NCBI RefSeq assembly: GCF_963921235.1
Contig: NC_086097.1
Span: forward strand, 202,928,001-202,992,000
Direction of reading: 5' to 3'
From: Mobula hypostoma
Lineage: Eukaryota
DNA: 64,000 nucleotides
This document shows, piece by piece, positions 1 through 12,585 of this stretch; position 1 is the stretch's first letter; each line of letters begins with the position of its first letter. The position numbers and the translations under genes were made by a program. Below the pieces are notes generated by a model, which did not search any database, had not been told where the DNA came from, and saw only the letters and a program-made list of their open reading frames with translations.

Positions 1-111
1 TTGACTGCGAAGTCGTCACGCCCATCGGCGCCGGAGCTCTGGTCTGGCAGGAGAGAAGAGACGGGGAGGCGGAGTGTGGTGTCCAGACCGCGGTCAGCGA
101 CGGTGGTAGGG
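1..111. promoter_or_regulatory. CpG-rich segment, possible CpG-island edge or first exon of an unidentified + strand transcript
   Basis: Dense CpGs in 1-105, donor-like gtg|gtaggg at 106, then an abrupt switch to AT-rich DNA. Confidence 0.4.
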
Positions 112-436
112 TTTAATTATTAAATGATTTGGTGTAGTTTAGGTTGGCTGAATCACAGAGTATTAGTAGCATGCTTTCATTGCCGAAACTTGTTTTGCTG
201 GAAACATCTAAATCGGGTCATTTTTAGTGAAAATAACTCTGTAATTGGCAAATTTAAATTTACAGAACATTCTAAAGCACTGTTCCGTGCAGGAGAGTGC
301 ATTCCTGTTTTTAGCAAATAGTTGTGTGTTGCGCTCTCTTACAAACAACCACTTCTCACTGGACTCGGTTTTTCAATGCTTGATATTCTAAAAACTTCAA
401 CGCCCTCCTCAGTCTTAAATCAACTACTTAGAGGAC

Positions 437-1091
437 TCAGTTGGATGGAATCATGGAAATCTACAGCACATTACAGGCCCTCTCTAAGCTCCATGTACCA
501 AACAGTCTCTTAAAAGACCCTATTGTATCCACCTCTATCACCTTCGCTGGCAGTGCATTCCACACAGCCACCACTCTGTGTGTGAAAAACATACCCCTGA
601 CATCCCTGTTAAAACTCTGCCCCCTCATGTTAGCCATTTCAGCCCTGGAAAAAGCCTCTGGCTATCCACACGATCAATGCCTCTTATCGTCTTATACACC
701 TCTATCAGGTCACCTCTCATTCTCCGTTGCTCAAAGGAGAAAAGGCCAAGTTCACTCAACCTATTTCATAATGCTTGCTCTCCAACCCAGGGGACATCCT
801 TGTAAACCTGCTCTGCACTCTGTAGTATCTACATCCTTCCTGTAAAGAGGTGACCAGAACTTAACACAGTACTCCAAGTAGGGTCTAACTAAGGTCTTAT
901 ATAGCTGTAACATTCCCTCATGGCTCTTGGACTCAATCCCACGGTTGATGAAGGCCAACACACCATACGCCCTCTGAACAACACTGACAACCTGCGCAGC
1001 AGCTTTGAGTGCCCTATGGACATGGACCCCAAGATTTCGCTGATCCAAGAGTCTTACCATTAATATTATATTCTGTCTTCAAATTTGACCT
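437..1091 (-). mobile_element. CR1 LINE 3' fragment
   Basis: ORF 761-1060 carries LYKTLVRPYLEYCVKFWSP, typical of the CR1 ORF2 C-terminus. Confidence 0.85.
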
Positions 1092-1559
1092 AGATGGAAG
1101 CTTCTACTTGTTTTTTTTCTTAACTGAATATTATCCTCATAAGAGGTGTACGATATTGGGGCAATTTTTAATTACTTAACCACACTTAGAATATAATTCC
1201 TTGCCTGTTTGGGGGTGTGGGGAGTTTAGATTGAGGGAATTGATTGTAATTTGCAGCACACAATGGAAGGTAACTCGTACGTTTTAACATTTGATTTAAC
1301 ACGAAGAGGAATTAGAAAATAACAGGCCAATCAAGATCATTGTATCCATGGAAGTGATGCATTGCTTTGCTGAAAGGCTTTCTGTAGCATCTACTCGTAC
1401 AGAGGTGAGGGTCAATAGATAACTGATAAAATGCAGCCAGTAACTCATAAATTGTGGTTGCAAAATGACAAAATGATCATTATCCATAAAATGTGACATC
1501 TCAGCACACGGAGTACAGTCAGTAATACAACTGGTATACTGGCTTACAGCTGTAACCTG

Positions 1560-2110
1560 TACTGAGGGACCGTTCAATAGGATAGAATTTGTCATTGAGC
1601 CTGGTGGTATTTTCAGACATTTGTATCTTCTCCTCAGTGGGATGGGGCAGAAGACAGAATAACTGGGGTGGGTATGGTTTTAATTGACCACTTTACCAAG
1701 GCAGTGAGAAGTGTAGACAGGGTCCATGGAATCTGGTATTTGATGTGCTGAGCTGTCCACATCTTTCTGCAGTTTCTCATGGTGCCAAATTTCTTTACTC
1801 TCCTGAGAGAGTAGAGGTACTGGTATGTTTTCTTGGCTATGGTGGTTGGATCTGGCCAGGATATTGATGATGTTCACTCCCAGGAACTTGAGTCTTTCAA
1901 CCTTCTTGTCCTCAGCAACACTGATGTAGACAGGAGCATCTGCAATGCTCCCTCCCCCCCCCCAAAGTTAATGAAGAGCTCTTCATTGCTGGCATTGGGA
2001 GAAAGATCATTTTCATGACACTGTGTCACTAGACTGTCTCCCTCCTGTACTCTGATTCATCCATATTTGACTTTCGGCCCATTATGGTGGACACCGCCAT
2101 CTGCAAACTT
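1560..2110 (-). mobile_element. Degenerate Rex1/Babar-type LINE 3' fragment
   Basis: Begins at a KFAD-encoding stretch (ccatctgcaaactt, ~2097-2110) and resembles the elements at 11650-12585 and 57300-57690. Confidence 0.55.
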
Positions 2111-3892
2111 CCCCGTGAGTGATGTGATGCAACTAACATTGAATTATGTGAAATTTAATGTTATTTTCACTTATGCGTCTCCTATCTAAATCCACTGTGC
2201 TAAATCATTGTTACTTTATGTAAACTGTTCAAAAAATTATCTGATTCACAGATGCCATTACTAGTGGATTGCTACAGATTCTGTTGAGTGATGAGAGTTA
2301 AAATCAAATTCATGCCGTACTAATAACTGCACATCTTGAGTGGATTTCTTAAAGATCATTGATGAGAATTGTCTTTTCATCACAGAGCACGAACAATCCA
2401 GACCAGTATTTAGGCATACGCAGCAGCCAATTTGTTTACTGCGAGGTTCTGAAAATTAATATCTTACTTTTCCGCAGAATTCAACTCTAAATCATGCTGT
2501 TCTCTATTAACTCCATTTTACTGCTTCCTAACTAGGCCAGTGTGAATCAGTGTGAGGTTGTCTTCCCTCATCCACATCAACAGCAATTGACCCACTTTCT
2601 TATTCGTATTCCCTGCAAGCATCTATACGAAGGGAATGCACATTTTTGCAGCTTCTTCATGATTGTTGGTTTGCCTATTACGATCCGGAATCAGGTTATG
2701 TGTACATCTATTCCTTGTTAGAATTAACCCTGCATGTGTCTTCAAAGGACTTGCATTTCTTTTACTACTCTCTTCAGTTCTCATTTATGGCAGAAAGTAA
2801 CAAACCTACTGCCCTGTGCACGTTGACTGACTGCTCTAATTTTAGACAATGTTTCTAGATTTCTCTATCAGTTCTCTGGCAATCATTTAGAATGCTGCTA
2901 AATATTGGAAAATTTTCCTTTCAAACTGTTTATCTTGATAGGTGATGTTTTTATCAGTTCACTATTAGTTCCCCTTACTATCTTGAAAATGGATCAAACT
3001 GTCTTCAAAGATTTACATTCCAGAGAGTGTAATGCTCGTTCTTGCAATTTTTTCTTGTGATTTATTTCATGCAGTTAAGCTATCAGTTAGGTAAATCTGT
3101 ACTATGTTCTCTCTTGTAATCTCCAGGACAGTGTACACCTTCTTTAAGTTATCTATCCTGAGTTCTCAATAGTTTTCACTAATACTTCAACTTCCTTGTT
3201 TATTAAAGATGTTATTTGCATAGATTGTTAAATGGATTAAAGTGAATTTCACTCTAGGCCTTTGACTCAAAGATGAATATCTTGCCAATTGAACTAGGTT
3301 GCCATCTAAAGGTAATTTGGAAGCTTGGTTGTAGAGAATATTCATGTTATTACTATGACATTCATATTAATAATTTAAAAGAATCCTAAAAAAAATCAGC
3401 TTGTTGCTCAGAAAATAATGTGATGTATGTTTTAATCAGAAAAGTAATTGATTTAAGGTATATTCTATTGTGAACTATCCCTTCCAGCCAGTGTAATATG
3501 AAAAAACAGAATATTTGGTGTTTTTTGGATTAGTTCCATGAGAACTTGCCAAGGAACAAGCATTTCCTGTAAACATATTCGAAGTTCAGTGAGGTTCATC
3601 CATGACCCAACTGCTCCACCAAGTGGGAAATCTGTGTATCAATCTTCTCTGTTTGATCAGTAATAGATCTCCAAGCACCTTTAATATCGACAAATATTCT
3701 TCGGCATTTCATTTGTGCTGTCACATAAGCTTAATACAGTGCACAAGGAGAGATATTAGGGCAAACATTGTTCAGAGAAGCTGTTTTTTTTTAATGCAAA
3801 GATCTTTACAGTATAATGATAGGGATATTAAGGAATTCCAGATGTAATGATGCTTTCATGAGTTGATTCTCATGAAAAGTCAATCACCCAAT

Positions 3893-4135
3893 ATAAGAAC
3901 ATAAGATATAGGAGCAGAAGTAGGCCATTTGGCCCATCAAGTCTGCTCCGCCATTCAATCATGGGCTGACCCAATTCTTCCAATCATCCCCACTCCCCTG
4001 CCTTCTCCCCGTATCCTTTGATGCCCTGGCTAATCAAGAACCTATCTATCTTTCCCTTAAATACACCCAATGACTTGGCCTCAACAGCCACTCGTGGCAA
4101 GAAATTCCACAGATTTACCACCCTCTGACTGAATG
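3893..4135 (-). mobile_element. CR1 LINE 3' end with short-repeat tail
   Basis: ataagaacataaga tail; 3' UTR similar to that at 33230-33478. Confidence 0.75.
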
Positions 4136-4254
4136 TTATTCTGTCTCCGTGGAATGTAACTATCCTGCTGAAATATTCCTCGTGACTTGTGGCTCATCGG
4201 GCGACAACCTCGCCACCTCCTTAGCATTTTGATTATTTTTTTAGGAAACCTAGT

Positions 4255-4668
4255 TGAGTGAATGCACTCGGCCTTTTCTCCTTGGAGCAACGGAGGATGA
4301 GCGGTGACCTGATAGAGGTGTACAAGGTATTGAGAGGCATTGATCGTGTGGATAGTCAGAGGCTTTTCCCCGGGGCTGAAATGGCTAGAACAAGAGGGCA
4401 TAGGTTTAAGGTACTTGGAAGTAGGTACAGAGGAGATATCAGGGGTAAGTTTTTTATGCAGAGAGTGGTGAATGCGTGGAATAGGCTGCCGGCAGAAGTG
4501 GTGGAGGTGGAAACGATAGGGTCTTTTAAGAGAATCCTGGATGGCTACATGGAGCTTAGAAAAATAGAGGGCTATGGGTAAAGCCTAGGTAGTTCTAAAG
4601 TAGGGACATGTTTGGCACAGCTTTGTGGGCCGAAGGGCCTGTATTGTGCTGTAAGTTTTCTATGTTTC
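4255..4668 (+). mobile_element. CR1 LINE 3' fragment
   Basis: ORF 4258-4581 LGLFSLEQRRMSGDLIEVYK...FFMQRVVNAWNRLP; ttctatgtttct tail. Confidence 0.88.
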
Positions 4669-4788
4669 TGGTGGCTAGCTCATGCTCGACCCGGCATGGA
4701 TGGAAAGGGTGCAAGGAGCCAGCCGGATTCAAACCCAGGACCACTCACCTCAAAGTCCAGCGTTGATGCTACTGCACCACCAGCCCGC
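4669..4788 (-). mobile_element. tRNA-derived SINE head; the rest probably lies at ~4165-4254, split by the CR1
   Basis: Minus strand shows A-box TGGTGCAGTAG and B-box GGTTTGAATCC. Confidence 0.55.
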
Positions 4789-5948
4789 TAGTGTGCTGAC
4801 TGTGTCCAGCATCTTCTGTTTGTGTCGTGGGTTTGGGAATCCCGAGTGATTAACTGCAGTATGTTTTGTACAGGAGGAAGTGGATGTTCAATGTGTTCGA
4901 TGATGTCAAGATTGCTTGGAAAGTGATGAGGAAGGCCAAAGGAAGATCTCCTTTCCCATAATTGACCAATGCCATACACTCTGTGGGATGTAGCATTAGT
5001 GTTGAGGACTCCAGGGGTTACTCACCACAGACTTTGTTTGCTGTACCATCACCCCTGGTGAGTCCATACCTGGTGATTGTGTTGATGGAGTCTGGTAGCA
5101 CTGTATCCAACTGTTGCTTGACTAATCTGAGGGAAAGTTCTTCCAAATTAGATGCAATTTCCAGTGAGACCATGCTTGTTGTTTGACTGGTTTTATGTCT
5201 CTCTCTGCTTCAGTGTATCACTTAGGATGTTTTCAAATGGCTCAAAAGGCCATTTCAGAGGACAGTTTAGAGTTAATCACATTGTTGTGGGTTTTGAGCC
5301 ACATAAAGGCCAAACCATGTTTTAAAAAAAAGGTAGATCTTCTTCCCGAAAAGACACTGGTGGTGGGTTTTATACAACAATCTGCAGTTTGTGGTACCTT
5401 CACTAAGCCAAATTAAACCAGATTTTTTTAAATATAGCTGAATTCCAGTTCTGAAAGTGCCATGCTAGGTAGGATCTGAATTCATATTTCTGATTGATTA
5501 CTTCAGTAACTTATCTCACCACTGACTGATAAAGGTTGATTGCTGTGATTAAGCAACAACTCTATTGCATTGCATCATGCTGTCACCATGGTGGTTGGAA
5601 GCGAGTGATGAACTTTGATACTTTTTTTAATCTGTCAGATCTACACTCCTTTTCAAACAATCCAGTGGGTGTATGAATCATGCTAGCCTTGCTTATTCTG
5701 AACTTCATGGGTCAAGAACATTTGCCTATTCTCTATGCCTATCTGAACATTCACTTGTCAAAGATTATCTACAGTAATTCATCATTGCAACTGGATTACA
5801 GAGTCTTCCTTGGCTTGCTGCTTTTAATTTTATGTCCCTTTATTTTAATTTCCATACGACCCCAGTCTCCTAGTCTTCAATTTGTCCTCAGTATACCATA
5901 CAAAACCAGAGAATGCTGAAAGCAAAAACACAAGTGATTCTGCAGGTG

Positions 5949-7375
5949 ACACACATCAAAGTTGCTGGTGAACGCAGCAGGCCAGGCAGCATCTCTAGGA
6001 AGAGGTGCAGTCGACGTTTCAGGCCGAGACCCTTCGTCAGGACTAACTGAAGGAAGAGTGAGTAAGGGATTTGAAAGTTGGAGGGGGAGGGGGAGATCCA
6101 AAATGATAGGAGAAGACAGGAGGGGGAGGGATGGAGCCAAGAGCTGGACAGGTGATTGGCAAAAGGGGATACGAGAGGATCATGGGACAGGAGGTCCGGG
6201 AAGAAAGACAAGGGGAGGGGGACCCAGAGGATGGGCAAGAGGTATATTCAGAGGGACAGAGGGAGAAAAAAGAGAGTGAGAGAAAGAATGTGTGCATAAA
6301 AATAAGTAACAGATAGGGTACGAGGGGGAGGTGGGGCCTAGCGGAAGTTAGAGAAGTCGATGTTCATGCCATCAGGTTGGAGACTACCCAGACGGAATAT
6401 AAGGTGTTGTTCCTCCAACCTGAGTGTGGCTTCATCTTTACAGTAGAGGAGGCCGTGGATAGACATGTCAGAATGGGAATGGGATGTGGAATTAAAATGT
6501 GTGGCCACTGGGAGATCCTGCTTTCTCTGGCGGACAGAGCGTAGATGTTCAGCAAAGCGGTCTCCCAGTCTGCGTTGGGTCTCGCCAATATATAAAAGGC
6601 CACATCGGGAGCACCAGACGCAGTATATCACCCCAGTCGACTCACAGGTGAAGTGTTGCCTCACCTGGAAGGACTGTTTGGGGCCCTGAATGGTGGTAAG
6701 GGAGGAAGTGTAGGGGCATGTGTAGCACTTGTTCCGCTTACACGGATAAGTGCCAGGAGGGAGATCAGTGGGGAGGGATGGGGGGGACGAATGGACAAGG
6801 GAGTTGTGTAGGGAGCGATCCCTGCGGAATGCAGAGAGAGGGGGGGAGGGAAAGATGTGCTTAGTGGTGGGATCCCGTTGGAGGTGGCGGAAGTTAGGGA
6901 GAATAATATGTTGGACCCGGAGGCTGGTGGGGTGGTAGGTGAGGACCAGGGGAACCCTATTCCTAGTGGGGTGGTGGGAGGATGGAGTGAGAGCAGATGT
7001 ACGTGAAATGGGGGAGATGCGTTTAAGAGCAGAGTTGATAGTGGAGGAAGGGAAGCCCCTTTCTTTAAAAAATGAAGACATCTCCCTCGTCCTAGAATGA
7101 AAAGCCTCATCCTGAGAGCAGATGCGGCGGAGACGGAGGAATTGCGAGAAGGGGATGGCGTTTTTGCAAGAGACAGGGTGAGAAGAGGAATAGTCCAGAT
7201 AGCTGTGAGAGTCAGTAGGCTTATAGTAGACATCAGTAGATAAGCTGTCTGCAGAGACAGAGACAGAAAGATCTAGAAAGGGGAGGGAGGTGTCGGAAAT
7301 GGACCAGGTAAACTTGAGGGCAGGGTGAAAGTTGGAGGCAAAGTTAATAAAGTCAACGAGTTCTGCATGCGCTGG
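5949..7375 (-). mobile_element. Penelope-like retroelement (Neptune-type), 5'-truncated, young
   Basis: ORF 6338-7408: RT C-terminus (FLDL), Cys linker CKRNKCYTC and GIY-YIG endonuclease (VIYC...LYIGET..R). 11-bp TSD ttctgcaggtg at 5938-5948 and 7376-7386. Confidence 0.93.
6009..6044 (-). ncRNA. Minimal type I hammerhead ribozyme motif in PLE terminus
   Basis: Reverse complement AGTC-CTGACGA-AGG(gtctcgg)CCT-GAAA-C-GTC^GACT: intact core, stem I AGTC/GACT, stem II AGG/CCT. Confidence 0.75.
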
Positions 7376-7590
7376 TTCTGCAGGTGCTGGAAATCCAAAG
7401 CAATACATACAAATTACTGGAGGGACTCAGCAGGTCGGGCAGCATCTATGGAACAGAATAAACAGTTAGTGATTCAGACTGACAACCTTCATCGGGACTG
7501 GAAAGGAAGGGACAGAAGCCGGAATAACAAGGTGGGCAGAGGAGGAGGAGTGCAACCTGGCAATTTGACTCCCATTCCCATTCAGATATA

Positions 7591-7785
7591 AACACAAAAT
7601 GCTGTGCAGGTGCTGGGGAACACTCACAACACGCTGGAGGAACTCAGCAGGTCAGGCAGCATCCGTGGAAACGAACAGTCAACGTTTCAGGCTGAACGAA
7701 GGGTCCCGGCCTGAAACATTGAGTGCTTGTTTCCACGGATGCTGCCTGACCTGCTGAGTTCCTCCAGCGTGTTGTGAGTGTTCCT
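7591..7785. mobile_element. Palindromic mini-PLE (inverted termini)
   Basis: Perfect 56-bp inverted repeat 7617-7672/7729-7784; 11-bp TSD attcagatata at 7580-7590 and 7786-7796. Confidence 0.85.
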
Positions 7786-7829
7786 ATTCAGATATATCTA
7801 ACTATGGTCGTCTGTACTGCCATGGTGAG

Positions 7830-8525
7830 GAGCAACACACACAAAACGCTGGAGGAACTCAGCAGGCCAGGCAACATCTATGGAAAAGAGCAGAGTCAAT
7901 GTTTCGGGTTCTCGGCCTGAAACATTAACTGTACTTTTTTCCATAGATGCTGCCTGGCCTGCTGAGTTCCTATAGCATTTTGTGTCTGTTGCTTGGATTT
8001 CCAGCATCTGCAGATTCTCTCATGTCTTTATGGTGGGGACTTAGGCTGAAGGAGAAACATCTCACATTCCATTTATTAGCCTTCAACTTAACAGCATGGA
8101 GATCAGTTTCTCTAATATCCAGTAATTTCATTCTCCTCCCTCCTCCTTTCATTTTCCATTCCCCATTCTGGTTACCTTCTCACCCCTTTTTACTCTCCTA
8201 ACCTCCCCGTCACATCCTCTGGCTCCCCTCATCTTTCCCTTTCTTTCCTGGGTCACTGCCCTCTCCTATTAGATTTCTTTCTCTTCAGCTCTTTACCTCT
8301 TCCAACTGTCCTCTCCCAGCTTTCTACTTCATCCCCCTCCCACACCCACTCGCTTTCCCCCTCACCTGGTCTCACCTATCACCTGCCAGCCTGTACTCCT
8401 TCCTCTTCTCCCACCACCTTAATCTGACTTCTGGTCCCGATGAAGGGTCTTGGTCCGAAATGTCGACTGTTTATTCCCCTCCATAGATGTTGCCTGACCT
8501 GCTGAGTTCCTCCAGCATTTTGTGA
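7830..8525. mobile_element. Cluster of older PLE-terminus remnants (palindrome 7830-8022; + strand 3' UTR 8040-8525)
   Basis: Repeated ctggaggaactcagcaggcc...catctatggaaaa and its reverse complement; degenerate hammerhead at ~8433-8468. Confidence 0.7.
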
Positions 8526-8899
8526 ATGCTGAAATGCTCAGCGGGTCAAGCACGACAATCGGGAGGGCAACTATGGGCATTTTGGGTCAAGGCCTTTTGT
8601 CAGAACTGGAGAAGTGAGAATGCCGTGTGATTTAAGTTGCAGAGAGAGAGAGAGGTGGAGAGAACAGAAAGAATACCTGTGATTGCTTCAGACCAAATTG
8701 TCAAGGGAATGTTTATTTTAAAGTAGAACGGATAGTATAAAATGACACAGAGACAAAATGAAACGTGAATATAAAATGTAGCCACATCTGTGAGGGGAAG
8801 ATGTGCTGACAGACCATAGAGTCATTGAGTACTATAGCACAGAATTTTCTGGAATTGAATAACTATCTGAAATTGTTGAACACTTGAGGATTCTATGAG

Positions 8900-9078
8900 C
8901 CACACAGACAAAATGCTGGAGGGACTCAGCAGGCCAAGCAGCATCTATGGAAAAAAGTACAGTCAATGTTTCGGGCCAGAACTCCTGACAAAAGGTCTTG
9001 GCCGGAAACGATGACTGTTTACTCTTTTCCATAGATGCTGCCTGGCCTGCTGAGTTCCACCAGCATTTTTTGTGCGTT
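8900..9078. mobile_element. Palindromic mini-PLE
   Basis: Inverted arms of the same terminus family around a degenerate hammerhead core. Confidence 0.7.
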
Positions 9079-9499
9079 ACAAGTTAATTTAACTGAGTCA
9101 TCTGAAGGGGAGGCCTGTGGTATAAACACTTAGACATAGTGAAACTCAACACTATGGACGTGCTTGCAGTCCCATTATTCAATCAAAGGACACACAATTC
9201 AACACAACCATGTGCAACAAATCTGGAACTTTCCACTCATCCCTTCTGTAGGCTTCCTGTCACACTGATATCATTCTGCCACAAAGGTCAAAGGTTTTTG
9301 CGCACTTGATTTTCTTTTTCAAAATTACATGATTTTGCCTCATTGCTTCTCCTTGTCCTCGCTAGCAAAATGTATAACTTAACATTTTTTTTTCTGTACT
9401 AGTTAACTATCCACTCCCCTTCCTGCCTGTGTCTTCCGTGTTCATCACGATTCTAAGCATTATTATTTGCGAATGGTTTAATTGCATTCTATACTGCAT

Positions 9500-9703
9500 G
9501 TCGTCGAGGCTGTGGAGGCCAGGTTGTTGGGTGTATTTAAGGCAGAACTTGATCGGTTCTTGATTGGACATGGCATCAAAGGTTACGGGCAGAAGACAGG
9601 GAGTGGGGCTGAGGAGGGGAAGGAAGGATCAGCCATGATTGAATGGCGGAGCAGACTCGAAGGGCCCAATAGGCTAATTCTGTCCTATGTCTTATGGTCT
9701 TAC
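9500..9703 (+). mobile_element. CR1 3' fragment
   Basis: VEAVEARLLGVFKAELDRFL; cttatggtctta tail. Confidence 0.75.
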
Positions 9704-10024
9704 CATAAATTCAGTGCTCCTGCTGATGACTCCTATGGATACTGCTCTGTATCTTCCTCCATTTTGAAAATGGGCATTTACTGCAAGAACTTTCTCAAGA
9801 CCTTTTAAAAGAACAAAAGGCAGGCCAGTTGCACTTATTGATGGAAGTGATTTACTAAAACGTCAATCATTTAGGAGCAGCAGTGATGCTTATCAGAACC
9901 TCAGTGCCAGCACATTAGTAACTACTCTCATTTAGTCATGGTCATATTGCTGTCATGAGTTTCACATGGTTGTATAGGGCATGGAGGCAAGTGAATCCTA
10001 GTCTGTGGATTGGATCTAATATAG

Positions 10025-10553
10025 ACTGGTTTGGAGGCAGTGCAGAGGAGGTTCACCAGGTTGATTCCGGAGATGAGGGGTTTAGACTGTGAGGAGTGAT
10101 AGATAGTCACCTGGGACTGTACTCACTGGAATTTAGAAGAATGAGAGGAGGTCTTATAGAAACATGTAAAATTGTGAAAGGGATAGATAAGACAGAGAAA
10201 TTCAAAATTGAGCAGGAAAGTTGTTTCCACTGGTAGGTGAGACGAGAACTAGGGGACATCATCTCAAGATTTGCGGGAGTAGATTTAGGATGGACATGAG
10301 GAGGAGCTGCTTTTCCCAGAGAGTTGTGAATCCGTGGAATTCTGTGCCCAATGAAGCAGTGGAAGGTACCCCAGTAAATATGTTTACGATAAGGTTAGAT
10401 TAGATTTTTGCATAGTAGGAGAATTAGGGGTTATTGGGAAAAGGCAGTTGGGTGGAGATGAGTTCATGGCCATCTCAGCCATGATCTTACTGAATGGCAG
10501 AGCAGGCTTGACGGGCCAGATGGCCTACTCCTGCTCCTATTTCTTATGTTCTT
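10025..10553 (+). mobile_element. CR1 3' fragment
   Basis: TRTRGHHLKI...FSQRVVNPWNSVP; ttcttatgttctta tail. Confidence 0.8.
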
Positions 10554-11644
10554 ACAGATTCCTTGCACGTATCATCTGCCTGCCTAAATGTAAGATCCTA
10601 GGTAATCCATGTTCTCACATCTATGCAGATAATAGAAAAGATACTCTATTACATTCTCCAGTCATGCTAGGAATGCTGGCTCCTAAGTGTCTCTGAAACA
10701 CTGGTATTCGTTTTCCAACAGGTGTTGGGGGAGGGGGGCAAGTACACACAAATGTTCTATGGGAAAGTGTAAAAGAGGAACGTGGATCACACTGAAACAA
10801 GAAATTTTAACCGATTAATCACCCGTTAAACATTCATTCAATCTGATCACGTAAGTTTGAGCATTCCCATCCCATTTTTAGAAACCTTTGCACTTCATTC
10901 TTTTTATGACCTTAACATGTTCTGTGGACTGGCCAAACAGCCCTTTATTTCTCTTTTCTGGTTAAAGTAAGTTTAATGGGCACATATTAGTTCACTAGCC
11001 CCTAATTAATAAAATAATGAGGTAATACAATCTAATTTTGGCATCACTTTTACATTTGTTATTTGCCCATTGAAATAATGATAATGACTATTCCTCCCTG
11101 AATTTTCAGTTTTTGCATTTACAATATTGATAATGATCCTTCTCATGGGATCATTTGACCTAATCCCACTTCAATTTTTTGTAACAAACTGGAAGCAGTA
11201 AAGGAACAGAAGTGATTATTTATGGTGTTTTCGTCATGTCCTCATTTGCTGAGTGCAGAATTCTGGTATCCTGCACCCTTAGTAACTCTGAACTTTAAAT
11301 TTATTGCCCATTAGATTATGCATCTATGTTAATCTTTACTTTATTGTTAACACTAAAGAGTTTGGGTTAATAACAGGAGTTCCACTCAAAGAAACTATTG
11401 AGGATGATATCTTAACTTTGTGCAGAATGAAATAATTAACCAAAAGAAATTCAAATTAAGCATCTTGGCATAAAATTCGAGTGTTTGGTTACCTTCAGTT
11501 GTAATATAACCTGCATTCAAGTACATGTGTAAATGTGATTACAATGTAGTTTCTTCAGAATGTTCTTTAAGTGTGAGCTATTATTGGTCCAGCAGCAACC
11601 CAGGCATTAGCAATCAGAATTGCTTTTATTTGTTATTCTTTTGA

Positions 11645-12585
11645 GCTCTCTCTGCTTCAGTCTGTGGTTCCCACCTGCTTTAAGAAGAATGCGATCATTT
11701 CAGTACCTAAGAAAACCAAGGGCAGATACCTTAATAACTACCACCTGGTAGCTCTGACTTCCAGCATCACAAAGTGCTGTAAGTGTCAGGTTACAGCTTG
11801 CATTGACTATAGTCTCTCACGCAACTTCAACCCACAGCAATCCTGCCTACCACTGAAACGTGTGTATGGCAGGCACCTTCTCCCAGGCTGTATACTCATC
11901 TCTGGAATGCCTGGACAGTAAGATCGCCCAGACTAGACCATTGTTTATCAACTGCTGCTTGGTGTTATATAATTCCAACCAAACTCATTTTCAAACTTCT
12001 AGATCTAGGAGTCGGCACCTCCATTTGCAACTGATAGAGATCCTTGACTTCCCGATCAACAGACCACAATCTGTCAGGATAGGCCACAGTACCTCTGCCA
12101 TGATTATCCTCAACACTGGCCCCAGAAAACCGTGTCCTCAGCCCCCAGCTCTACTACCTATACACTATGACTGCATGGCCAGGTACTGTTCTAACTCCAT
12201 CCACGAGTTTGCAGATGATACCACCAGAATGGACCACACCCTAGCCAAGAAAGCTCACCAGCACATCGACTACCTTAGGAGGCTAAAGAAATCTGGCCTT
12301 GTCTTCTTTGAACTTCACCAATTTTTAATGATGCACAATAGAAAGTGTCCTGTCCAGATGAATCATAGTTTGGTATGGCAACTGCTGTGCACATCACCAT
12401 AAGAAACTACAGAGGTGTAGACACAGATCAGCACACCATGAAAATCGACCTCCCCTCCATGGACTTTGTCTACACTTCTCTCTGCCTCTGTAAAACATCC
12501 TGTATAAGGAATGACCCTACCCACCCCATGGGGCAGGAAGATACAAAAGCCTGAAAGCACATACCACCAAGCTTACGGACAGCGG
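11645..12585 (+). mobile_element. Rex1/Babar-type LINE, degenerate RT
   Basis: VPTCFKKNAIISVPKK...YHLVALTS, EFADDTT and KKAHQHIDYLRRLKK are Rex1-like RT motifs, broken by frameshifts. Confidence 0.8.

Noticed and set aside
5877..7233. Overlapping Pro/Ser- or Gly/Arg-rich ORFs (also 15025-16174 and 62206-63986)
   Set aside because: Alternative or antisense frames of the PLE and its pyrimidine-rich 3' UTR; they recur only because the element is repeated
7400..9078. CRISPR-like array of recurring palindromic repeats
   Set aside because: Eukaryotic context, irregular spacing, no cas genes; the repeats are PLE termini
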